Assembly (NCBI GenBank): GCA_050950765.1
Contig: JBMNIF010000002.1
Location: forward strand, 448,001 to 512,000
Direction: 5' to 3'
DNA: 64,000 bases
Source of the DNA: Bdellovibrionota bacterium
Lineage (GTDB): Bacteria; Bdellovibrionota_C; UBA2361; JAAYZI01
Position 1 is the first letter of the stretch, and each line of letters begins with the position of its first letter. Position numbers and translations under genes: made by a program. Under the pieces are notes generated by a model that was given only the letters and a program-made list of their open reading frames with translations, was not told the DNA's origin and did no database searches. Positions 28,559-37,661 of this stretch are shown one piece after another.

Positions 28559-30610
28559 CTATAAAAAAGACTCCGCCTTTAGATATATGTCAGGGTTCTT
28601 CTTTTTTATAGCGTTACCTTCACTACTAAAAACTAATACAAACCCTACAAAGATACTCAATAGACACAGCCCATAAGAGGTTCTTCTAAAGATAGTGCGA
28701 CCCACCTTCCCTATCTGCGGCGTTTCAGAAACTCTTGTAAGGCTAAGAATAGTTAAAGAAGAGAGTAACGCCAAAGAAAGTGCAAGGTCTGAAACATACC
28801 TTAGGTGCACTCCTCCCAAACAGAAATCAACAAAAGCTATAAACACAAGACTTAATAATACACTTAAAAATGTGATCTTTTTTAAATTGTTTTTATTAAA
28901 GGTGTAACCACATACAAAGATTGCTAGGTTAATCGGAAACCACAGCGCCCCCATTGAATAATACCGATAGATATAACTCCCTGTTTTCAAGCCCCAATCA
29001 TGAGATGGCATAAGATAAGGAAACGTTGTTGAAAAGTTGGGAATTTGTAAAAAATATGTAAATAGACTTTTTAAGAAAAGATCGGCACGAATAGTAAAAT
29101 ACGAAACATCCGACACCGTTAATTGATAGATCTGACCGAACTGAAAAACCGAATCAAACCTAACATAATTGTAATACATCACAAAAAGACCACCTAATGA
29201 AAGGGGAAGTACAAACGAGATAAACTCTAAAAGCCTCTTTGAAAGCTTCCTCTCTTTCTGCAACAGATTGGTGATAATTATCGGCATAATAAAGGAAAAA
29301 GCTATAAATAAGAGGTGGGGTCTACTCATAGCAACTAATACACACGAGATAGCAGCAAGTATTAACGAAAGTATGCGCAAAGGAAACCTCTTCGTATTAT
29401 AGGCAAAAAAGGTAAACGCTACTGTTCCTGCCAGAAACGTTATGGAGCTAAGCACGGGAAGATAATAAAAAGTTTGAATGCTTTCTGCCGTATAAAGTAA
29501 GCTACTAAAAACTGTCGCAATAGAAACACTTAGTAGCATACATAAACTAGCATTTTTACAAAAAGTGATCGTAAGTTCATGTAAGGCAAAAAAGATAAAA
29601 AAGATCCCAAAAAACGTTAAAATCGCCACCGCCACACCATCACTTGGAACAGTTTTGCTAAAAAAATAGACTGGATAATGCACCGTTAGAAGGGGTGCTA
29701 TCCCGAAATAAGAATAGAAGTGCCCTTTATAATAAGCTAAATCCCAAGGATAAGTAGCCTGCTTTAAATCTCTTTCACTTTTATCATACGGGTTGTTTAA
29801 GATCTTCAACTTCGGATCAACAGGACGGTCTATATGAAATTGTCCCTTTAAAAAAGCATCAAACTGCTGAACATAACAGGAATAACTGGATACGGGCTTC
29901 GCCAAAGGATACTTTATAAAATCTTCAGCACCTTGCGAACGCGCTGCAAAAAACACCCCTACGGAGATTAAGAGACAAAAAAGTAATCCACCAAGTAAAG
30001 TTATATTTGAAGAGATACTATGCGGATCAAATTTAATATCGCTATATTTTACACAGCAAAAGATAAAACACCCCAAGCAGAATAACAGCAAGGTTCTCAG
30101 ATATGAAAAAGAGAAGCCATCTGATCCATTCAAAATAATACTTTTTACAACAAGTGGTGAAAATTCGTTATTATTAAACTTAAACCTCACCGCCTTCGCC
30201 TTGCCGAAACTCCGTACAACAGCGGTTACTTTATTATACCCTTTTTTACTAGCGGGATTGTAATTAAACCTTGTAACAAAATTATAGACCTCACTAAAAG
30301 CGGCATCTTTTAACTCTATTACACCTGTATTGTATTGCTCTGCTCCTGAAAGAGAGACCTCTACCCTATTTATAGGCAGATCAAGTGCTCTAAACTCTAT
30401 AACCGATTCTCCGTAAGGAAGTACCACACCTCCCTCCTCATTAAAGAAAAGTTTTTTTTCAGAGATACCTTGACGCAGATCTAATGAAACAGTTTTAAAT
30501 GATGGATCATGACTTAAAAAAGAGGCATTAAAGATAAAAAGCTCCGCAACGACTGCCATCAGAAAGATTACAGACAGAACTAGCCCTCTTTTTTTAAAAA
30601 ACGTTATCAT
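28559..30610 (-). CDS. Polytopic membrane protein, probable GT-C-fold glycosyltransferase (copy 1)
   Basis: Many TM helices; NPYD, WDLAYYKGHFYSYFG, SRP, YNYVRFDSVFQFG and LRYVSD motifs. Confidence 0.7.
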   Translation of the reverse strand: MITFFKKRGLVLSVIFLMAVVAELFIFNASFLSHDPSFKTVSLDLRQGISEKKLFFNEEGGVVLPYGESVIEFRALDLPINRVEVSLSGAEQYNTGVIELKDAAFSEVYNFVTRFNYNPASKKGYNKVTAVVRSFGKAKAVRFKFNNNEFSPLVVKSIILNGSDGFSFSYLRTLLLFCLGCFIFCCVKYSDIKFDPHSISSNITLLGGLLFCLLISVGVFFAARSQGAEDFIKYPLAKPVSSYSCYVQQFDAFLKGQFHIDRPVDPKLKILNNPYDKSERDLKQATYPWDLAYYKGHFYSYFGIAPLLTVHYPVYFFSKTVPSDGVAVAILTFFGIFFIFFALHELTITFCKNASLCMLLSVSIATVFSSLLYTAESIQTFYYLPVLSSITFLAGTVAFTFFAYNTKRFPLRILSLILAAISCVLVAMSRPHLLFIAFSFIMPIIITNLLQKERKLSKRLLEFISFVLPLSLGGLFVMYYNYVRFDSVFQFGQIYQLTVSDVSYFTIRADLFLKSLFTYFLQIPNFSTTFPYLMPSHDWGLKTGSYIYRYYSMGALWFPINLAIFVCGYTFNKNNLKKITFLSVLLSLVFIAFVDFCLGGVHLRYVSDLALSLALLSSLTILSLTRVSETPQIGKVGRTIFRRTSYGLCLLSIFVGFVLVFSSEGNAIKKKNPDIYLKAESFL

Positions 30611-30657
30611 TTTTGCACTATAAAAAAAGAAGTGTTTTCTGCAAAGAGAGAATCGGC

Positions 30658-30825
30658 TTATTGAACCTTTGAGGGTAATTTGGATTTATCAGACCTATCA
30701 TCTTCATTTTTTAAAAATCTAAGCGTTAATTCAAGTTTAATATTTACCTGTTTTAGAACTACGCTTTTTATCTCTTCTAAGGCTACCTCTTCTAAGTTTA
30801 CAGTTTAACCATATTGGCAGATTCC
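30658..30825 (-). pseudogene. Decayed copy of the flagellin 3' end
   Basis: Aligns with indels to 33133-33313; the intergenic 30611-30657 matches 33086-33132. Confidence 0.85.
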
Positions 30826-30883
30826 TTATAGTATTAAAAGTTACTTTAGAAGTGAGGAGCCGTTTATCTCTAAAGGGCTTTTT

Positions 30884-31010
30884 CCTAACTTCCCAAATGA
30901 GACACTTTTTTAAAAGCTTTTAGCTCAAAAACTTCCCAACCACACACTAAATAAAAATCCTCACCCTAACTTCCCAACTGAGACACTTTTTTAAAAAGCT
31001 TCCAGCTGAA
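30884..31010. repeat. Two-copy 81-bp repeat at the duplication junction
   Basis: CCTAACTTCCCAAMTGAGACACTTTTTTAAAA at 30884 and 30965. Confidence 0.85.
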
Positions 31011-31033
31011 GGGGGTACCATTTAGTCAGAAAA

Positions 31034-33085
31034 CTACAAAAAAGACTCCACCATTAGATACAGATCAGGGCTCATCTTTTTTATAGCGTTACCCTCATTA
31101 CTAAAAATCAATATCAAACCTACAAAGACGCTCAATAGACACAATCCATAAGAGGTTCTTCTAAAGATACTACGCCCCACCCTCCCTATCTGCGGTGTTT
31201 TAGAAACTTTTGTAAGGCTAAGAATAGTTAAAGAAGAGAGTAACGCCAAAGAAAGTGCAAGGTCTGAAACATACCTTAGGTGCACTCCCGCGATAGAAAA
31301 ATCAACAAAAGCTATAACCACAAGACTTAACACTACACTTAAAAATGTGATCTTTTTTAAGTTGTTTTTATTAAAGGTATAACCACATACAAAGATTGCT
31401 AAGTTGATCGGAAACCACAACACCCCCATTGAAAAATCTTGATAGATATAATTCCCTACTTCCAGATTCCAATCATAAGATGGTGCCAGATACGGAAACT
31501 TCGTCGAAAAATTAGGGAACTGTAAAAAATATACAGATAAACTTTTTAAGAAAAGATCGGCACGAATAGTAAAATACGAAACATCCGACACCGTTAATTG
31601 ATAGATCTGACCGAACTGAAAAACCGAATCAAACCTAACATAATTGTAATACATCACAAAAAGACCACCTAATGAAAGGGGAAGTACAAACGAGATAAAC
31701 TCTAAAAGCCTCTTTGAAAGCTTCCTCTCTTTCTGTAACAGATTGGTGATAATTATCGGCATAATAAAGGAAAAAGCTATCAGCAAAAGGTGGGATCTAC
31801 TCATAGCAACTAATACACACGAGATAGCAGCAAGTATTAACGAAAGTATGCGTAAAGGAAACCTCTTCGTATTATAGGCAAAAAAGGTAAACGCTACTGT
31901 TCCTGCCAGAAACGTTATGGCGCTAAGTACGGGAAGGTAATAAAAGGCGTGAACACTTTCCGCTGTATAAAGTAAACTACTAAAAACCGTTGCAATAGAA
32001 ACACTCAGTAACATACATAAACTAACATCTTCACAAAAAGTGATCGTAAGTTCACGTAAGGCAAAAAAGATAAAAAAGACACCCACGAATGCTAAAATTG
32101 CCAGCACCACGCCATCACTTGGAACAGTTTTACTGAAAAAATAGATCGGATAATACACCGTTAGAAGGGGCGCTATCCCGAAATAAGAGTAATAACGCCC
32201 TTTATAATAAGCTAAATCCCAAGGATAACTAACCTGCTTTAATTCTCTTTCACTTTTATCATACGGATTATTCAAACTTTTCAACTTCGGATCAGCGGGG
32301 TAGTCCAGATGGAATTGCCCCTTTAAAAAAGCATCAAACTGCTGAACATAATATGAATAATGGGATACCGGATTTTTTAAAGGATACTTTATAAAATCTT
32401 CAACACCTTGCGAACGGGTTGCAAAAAACACCCCTACGGAGATTAAGAGACAAAAAAGTAATCCGCTAAGTAAAGTTATATTTGAAGAGATACTATGCGG
32501 CTCAAATTTAATATCGCTATATTTTACACAGCAAAAGATAAAACACCCCAAACAGAATAACAGCAAGGTTCTCAGATATGAAAAAGAGAAGCCATCAGAT
32601 CCATTCAAAATAATACTTTTTACAACAAGTGGTGAAAAATCTTTATTATTAAACTTAAACCTTAACGCCTTCGCCTTCCCGAAACTCCGCACAACAGCAG
32701 TTACTTTATTATACCCTCTCTTACTAGCAGGATTATAACTAAACCTCTTGGCAAAATTGTAGACCTCACTAAAAGCGGCATCTTTTAACTCTATTACACC
32801 TGTATTGTATTGCTCTGCTCCTGAAAGAGAGACTTCTACCCTATTTATAGGCAGATCAAGTGCTCTAAACTCTATAACCGACTCTCCGTAGGGAAGTACC
32901 ATACTTCCTTCTGCATTAAAGAAAAGTTTTTTTTCAGAGATACCTTGACGCAGATCTAATGAAACAGTTTTAAATGATGGATCATGACTTAAAAAAGAGG
33001 CATTAAAGATAAAAAGCTCCGCAACGACTGCCATCAGAAAGATTGCAGACAGAACTAGCCCTCTTTTTTTTAAAAACGTTATCAT
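31034..33085 (-). CDS. Polytopic membrane protein, probable GT-C-fold glycosyltransferase (copy 2)
   Basis: Same-length paralog of 28559-30610 at an offset of 2475 bp. Confidence 0.7.
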   Translation of the reverse strand: MITFLKKRGLVLSAIFLMAVVAELFIFNASFLSHDPSFKTVSLDLRQGISEKKLFFNAEGSMVLPYGESVIEFRALDLPINRVEVSLSGAEQYNTGVIELKDAAFSEVYNFAKRFSYNPASKRGYNKVTAVVRSFGKAKALRFKFNNKDFSPLVVKSIILNGSDGFSFSYLRTLLLFCLGCFIFCCVKYSDIKFEPHSISSNITLLSGLLFCLLISVGVFFATRSQGVEDFIKYPLKNPVSHYSYYVQQFDAFLKGQFHLDYPADPKLKSLNNPYDKSERELKQVSYPWDLAYYKGRYYSYFGIAPLLTVYYPIYFFSKTVPSDGVVLAILAFVGVFFIFFALRELTITFCEDVSLCMLLSVSIATVFSSLLYTAESVHAFYYLPVLSAITFLAGTVAFTFFAYNTKRFPLRILSLILAAISCVLVAMSRSHLLLIAFSFIMPIIITNLLQKERKLSKRLLEFISFVLPLSLGGLFVMYYNYVRFDSVFQFGQIYQLTVSDVSYFTIRADLFLKSLSVYFLQFPNFSTKFPYLAPSYDWNLEVGNYIYQDFSMGVLWFPINLAIFVCGYTFNKNNLKKITFLSVVLSLVVIAFVDFSIAGVHLRYVSDLALSLALLSSLTILSLTKVSKTPQIGRVGRSIFRRTSYGLCLLSVFVGLILIFSNEGNAIKKMSPDLYLMVESFL

Positions 33086-33132
33086 TTTTGCACTATAAAA
33101 AAAGAAGTGTTTTCTGCAAAGAGAGAATCGGC

Positions 33133-35118
33133 TTATTGAATCTTTGAGGTTGATTTGGGCTTTTCAGATCTATTAGTTTTTTTAGGCTTATTAGACTCAT
33201 CATCTTCAGTCTTTAAAAGTCTCATCGCTAATTCAGGTTTAATATTCGCCTGTTTTAGAACTGCACCTCCTACCTCTTGTAAGATTTGCAGCCTAATCAT
33301 ATTAGCAGATTCCTCTGCAATATCAGCATCCATAATTGTACTGTGAGCAGAATTGATATTTTCTCTGGTAGTGACCAAGACATTATTAGCTGTGTTTAAT
33401 CGACTTTGGAAAGCTCCCAGTTTGCCTCGAATCGCCCCGATAGCATTAAAAGTTACATCCAACATATCTAAAGCGTGCAAAGCTTTATCTACAGTAGTAA
33501 TCTCTAGGCTGATATTATCCATCACAAAAGCAGAAGCTGTTCCGTCTTTTGAGTTAGCTGTTGCGATGTCATCTTTACCGTCACCGTTCATATCACCTAT
33601 GGCGATACCGTTTGGTCCAAGCCCCGCCTTAAAGCTTGTTCCCATCTCAAAGGTTCCATCACCATTTCCTTTAAGGATAGCGACCTCACTATCTACTCCA
33701 GAGGTTGCTGCGATATCTAAAATACCATCGCCATCAAGATCCCCTACGGCGACAGAAGTGATTATATTGCCAGCAGCATAATCCTGCCTATCACTAAAGG
33801 TGCCATCACCATTACCTCTCATAATGGAGACATTATTACCGTTAGCAACAATCATATCCAAATTCCCGTCGCCATCGAGATCCGCCGTAGTTACATCATA
33901 GACAGGTGCTCCCATATTATAATTTGTAGCAGCTCCTAGCGTGCTGGTTCCGTTCGATAGTAAAACAGAAACAGATCCTGTCGTTCTGTTGCCAATGATA
34001 ACATCATCGTAACCGTTAGCGTCGTTGTTAATATTTCCGGTAGCAACAGCAAACGGTCCTCTACCAACAGCCGTTCCTGTACTAGAAGCAGTAAATCCTC
34101 CGGCACCATCTCCCAACTCTACATAAGCATAATACGTTGAGCCACCATTTTTACCGGTGGCAACGATATCTACATTACCATCACCGTTGATATCTCCCGT
34201 AGCCATACCAGTTAAAGTTAAAAGTCCTGGATCAAAAGCATCACCAACAGTAAACGAACCATCACCGTTATTAGTCATTAGATATATCTTATCATCTTGT
34301 TGCGTATTAACTACGATATCAGCCATTCCATCAGAATTAATATCGGCAATAGAGATACCATACGGTCTGGAACATTCTCCCAGTTCATAAACGGCACTCC
34401 TTTCAAAGGTACCGTCACCCCTTCCCATAGCAACTACGGCGGTGCTTGAATAACAGTTTCCATCGATACACTGTGCAGCAGTTCCATAGTCCGTAGTAAT
34501 CATATCCAAGATGCCATCACCATTAAAATCAGCCAAAGCCACCTTGCCGGTAGCACCGTCAGGTTCGATTACTGAATAAGATGATTTTGAAAGCACCCCG
34601 ATATGTCTATTTAAATAAAGCCCTGAAGTAGAATCTCCTAAATCTAAAGTTAGATAGCTATGAGCTGTTTGTATCGTTAAATTATAAAGTCCTTCAGAGA
34701 AGATATTTACTCCGTTGTATTGTGTTGATTCCAAGATCCTTGTCATCTCTTTATCTAGAGCTTGGAATTCATTATTCATCACCTCTCGCTGTTTATCCGT
34801 ATAAGTACCGTTTGCAGCTTGCTCTGCTAACTCTTTTCGTCTAATCGCAATATCAGTTAATGAACTCAAGGCACCATCTGCTATTGAAACAAGTGAGACA
34901 CCATCGTTAATATTGCGAATGCCTTGTGTATAAACGTGTGCATCTTTTCTGAGATCTAAAGATATCGCCAAACCTGCAGCATCATCTGATGCTTTATTAA
35001 TTCTCTGTCCTGAAGAAAGTTTTGTATGAACGTTAGATAGATTAGTAGTGTTGCGAGACAAGTTACGCATTGCCAACAGCGAGGAGATATTTGAGCCTAA
35101 CGAGATGGGAACTGTCAT
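33133..35118 (-). CDS. Flagellin with seven FG-GAP/VCBS repeats in the variable region
   Basis: KLSSGQRINKASDDAAGLAI N-domain; RGKLGAFQSRL and IMDADIAEESA C-domain; seven DxNGDGxxD-type repeats. Confidence 0.93.
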   Translation of the reverse strand: MTVPISLGSNISSLLAMRNLSRNTTNLSNVHTKLSSGQRINKASDDAAGLAISLDLRKDAHVYTQGIRNINDGVSLVSIADGALSSLTDIAIRRKELAEQAANGTYTDKQREVMNNEFQALDKEMTRILESTQYNGVNIFSEGLYNLTIQTAHSYLTLDLGDSTSGLYLNRHIGVLSKSSYSVIEPDGATGKVALADFNGDGILDMITTDYGTAAQCIDGNCYSSTAVVAMGRGDGTFERSAVYELGECSRPYGISIADINSDGMADIVVNTQQDDKIYLMTNNGDGSFTVGDAFDPGLLTLTGMATGDINGDGNVDIVATGKNGGSTYYAYVELGDGAGGFTASSTGTAVGRGPFAVATGNINNDANGYDDVIIGNRTTGSVSVLLSNGTSTLGAATNYNMGAPVYDVTTADLDGDGNLDMIVANGNNVSIMRGNGDGTFSDRQDYAAGNIITSVAVGDLDGDGILDIAATSGVDSEVAILKGNGDGTFEMGTSFKAGLGPNGIAIGDMNGDGKDDIATANSKDGTASAFVMDNISLEITTVDKALHALDMLDVTFNAIGAIRGKLGAFQSRLNTANNVLVTTRENINSAHSTIMDADIAEESANMIRLQILQEVGGAVLKQANIKPELAMRLLKTEDDESNKPKKTNRSEKPKSTSKIQ

Positions 35119-35221
35119 AGATCAGCTCTCATGATCATTAAGTACAAACATCTTATGTTGTACTCAGCACTTTTCATTACACACACACACGTGGAAAAAA
35201 GATCCACTTTCCTACTCTGAA

Positions 35222-35249
35222 ATGTCGACCAATTACTTGAAAAACTTAA
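35222..35249 (-). promoter_or_regulatory. Putative sigma28 promoter of the flagellin
   Basis: TTAAGTTT-N12-GTCGACAT on the minus strand. Confidence 0.6.
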
Positions 35250-35450
35250 TCTTTTTTGAAATTGAGGATCTTTTTTAAAACAAATTTTTATTATTAAAAA
35301 TCAGTAGGTTAGTGCTAAACCCTTGTTTATAATAGGATAAAATATAAACGACGTTTGTTTTTCTTGACTCTTGCCCTTTTTCCCCTCTTAACTCATTGAT
35401 TTTAAAAAAGGTTGTTTATTCTTTGGGGCACTTATATCTATACTTAGGGT

Positions 35451-35984
35451 ATGAAAACTACTCAAAAAGATCAGGCAACTAACGCTACCACACCCACTCC
35501 TTCCCCATACAGTAAGTTAGCTACCTTTTTACTCTGTTTATTTGTTGGATTTTTTGGAGCACACAGAATCTATGTGCGGCGTTACATCACAGCGCTTTTA
35601 ATGATGCTCACCGTCGGATACTGTTTTATCGGTGTCTTCATTGACCTCTGGAACATCCGTCGTAACCGCTTTAAAGATTGGAAGAAGCGACCTGTGGTTA
35701 ATCTTCGTACAAAAAAAGATACACTAGCCATGCTCTTCGCTCTGGTATCACCTTTTTTTACAATAAAAGTCCTCCCCTCCATCATAAGACTCCTTATCTT
35801 ATCTTTTATCTATTTAGCTGAATGGTCAGGGCTAGCAGGACCTGAAGATCTATCCTCTTTGCGACAACTAGCATCAGGAAGTAGCGCTATTCAAACTAAT
35901 ATTCCGGCACCGCAGATCCCAGCACCGGATCTTTCAACAGACAAAGCACCACAAGAAGAGAACAACGCAGAAAAGAAAGACTAG
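35451..35984 (+). CDS. TM2-domain membrane protein
   Basis: LLCLFVGFFGAHRIYV and IDLWNI. Confidence 0.85.
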   Translation: MKTTQKDQATNATTPTPSPYSKLATFLLCLFVGFFGAHRIYVRRYITALLMMLTVGYCFIGVFIDLWNIRRNRFKDWKKRPVVNLRTKKDTLAMLFALVSPFFTIKVLPSIIRLLILSFIYLAEWSGLAGPEDLSSLRQLASGSSAIQTNIPAPQIPAPDLSTDKAPQEENNAEKKD

Positions 35985-36016
35985 TCCCCTCCTTAAAGCG
36001 TTGTTCCAAATGTTAA

Positions 36017-37129
36017 TTAAAATTCAAGTGAAAGTTGCGCTGTAACTTGATCAACTTCCTGCACATCACTTTCAAAATCACTGTGCAGATACTCAATGGC
36101 TAGGTTTGTGTTCTCAAAGAAACCCCAATTAATTACAGCGCCGTATTCCCTCTCCGAGAGCAGATCGCCACCATCATCCGATCCACCATAACGCGCCGCT
36201 AACTCCAACGTATCGGTAAGCGCAACACCGAACTCCACGTTCCAAGCAGACGGCTTTCTCCCTCGAGTATCGGTCTCAGCATAAATCTCACCTACTTGAA
36301 AGTTATCCAACGCAGCTACGTATTCGCCTATCAATTTAAAACGATCTAAAAATTCATACGTGCCGTAGATGCCCCAGCCATCTACAAGTGAATCTAAATT
36401 ATCTGAATCAACTACGACCTCATTAAAGCCATCGGAACCAGCCAGATTTGATATGTATGATGCACCTAACGCCAAACCTTCGAACGGCTTTACACCCAAA
36501 GCAGCAACAAAGCTATCTATGGTATCATCATCACCAGCTTCTTGGGCTCTACCGTTAAAGGCACCCACTGAGATATCAAGCACCTCATCTTCAAGGCGAT
36601 AACCTGCTACGACCGCCCCTTCATTCGTCTCTCCCAACGTCAATGTAGTGGGGTCTGCAATAAAATGGCTCTCAAACTTTCCAAAAGGAAGATACTGTCG
36701 TCCAGCAATCAGATAGAGTGGAAAGGCTTCGCTACCCGTCAACGTGACAAAGCCTTCATCCACAAAAACATCATCATCACTATATTTAAAGAGAACATGC
36801 CCATCAAGGTGATGGACGATCTTAGCATCCAGCCCCAACTCAACGGTCGTTAAATCGATATCACCTGTTTTATCATCTTCCAAAGTAGGATCATCAAAGT
36901 CAGTTTCTCCATATCCAGCTTCAACCTCAACCAATCCACTAACCTCGATACGGTCATACCACTTCTCCCCTTCTACCTGCTGCCCTACACTCTCCTCTAA
37001 CCTCTTCAAGCGTTCTTCAATACCCTTTGCGCTATCAGAGGATTGATCCGAAAGAGATTCCTCAGCCATAGCGTAAGGGAGTATCCCCACAGATAACGAT
37101 ACTACTAAAAACAGAAACAATCTTTTCAT
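36017..37129 (-). CDS. Outer-membrane porin, LbtU-like
   Basis: Signal peptide, short coiled coil, SGLVEVEA, GRQYLPFGKFES and C-terminal AQLSLEF; downstream of feo. Confidence 0.75.
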   Translation of the reverse strand: MKRLFLFLVVSLSVGILPYAMAEESLSDQSSDSAKGIEERLKRLEESVGQQVEGEKWYDRIEVSGLVEVEAGYGETDFDDPTLEDDKTGDIDLTTVELGLDAKIVHHLDGHVLFKYSDDDVFVDEGFVTLTGSEAFPLYLIAGRQYLPFGKFESHFIADPTTLTLGETNEGAVVAGYRLEDEVLDISVGAFNGRAQEAGDDDTIDSFVAALGVKPFEGLALGASYISNLAGSDGFNEVVVDSDNLDSLVDGWGIYGTYEFLDRFKLIGEYVAALDNFQVGEIYAETDTRGRKPSAWNVEFGVALTDTLELAARYGGSDDGGDLLSEREYGAVINWGFFENTNLAIEYLHSDFESDVQEVDQVTAQLSLEF

Positions 37130-37345
37130 ACCTTACTCTCCTTTATCTTTTTATCAGCCATACGTTTTTATGTAAGTGATAAATGCTACACCTCGCTTTT
37201 TAAGCCTTAGTATTTAAGTAAAAACGTGGTAAGCATTATTTACCAAAAGCTCAAACACGCCTGCTCTCTTACTTTTTTCTCTTCTTTATTAACTAGAGCA
37301 GACATCTTCATTAGTTGAATCTTGACCAAGAGATACCGACCCACC

Positions 37346-37579
37346 TCAACACTTCCATTCATACATTTCTATAACTACTTCATCACAACACCCACAACAC
37401 TTGCAGCACGTCTTGCTACAACCTGTCTGAATATCTGTTTTGATCACCCTACCTTTTCGAATCCATTGCCCCAGCATCCCCCTCATAGCCTCCGGTGCAG
37501 TGTCGAAATGGCAGGCGAGATCATCAAGTGTAGCGCGCTTGTGTTGCATTAAGTATTTTTTAATTTCAGACAATATCAC
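37346..37579 (-). CDS. feoC: FeoC-like protein
   Basis: MILSEIKKYL winged HTH, Cys-rich C-terminus, follows feoB. Confidence 0.85.
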   Translation of the reverse strand: MILSEIKKYLMQHKRATLDDLACHFDTAPEAMRGMLGQWIRKGRVIKTDIQTGCSKTCCKCCGCCDEVVIEMYEWKC

Positions 37580-37661
37580 GTCTTACTCCTTTTTATTTTT
37601 AACACCTCTCTTGATCTGCAGTGTGTCATGAGGTGCATTTTGTGTATAAACAACACCTCCT

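Noticed and set aside
28559..33085. Diversity-generating retroelement template/variable pair
   Set aside because: Whole-gene duplication, differences not restricted to adenines, no reverse transcriptase.
35179..35190. (AC)6 tract in the flagellin leader as a phase switch
   Set aside because: Short, and outside both the promoter spacer and the coding sequence.
37130..37660. Tiny ORFs flanking feoC
   Set aside because: About 20 codons each; the strong SD after feoB precedes ATA. Possibly gene remnants, not supportable as CDS.
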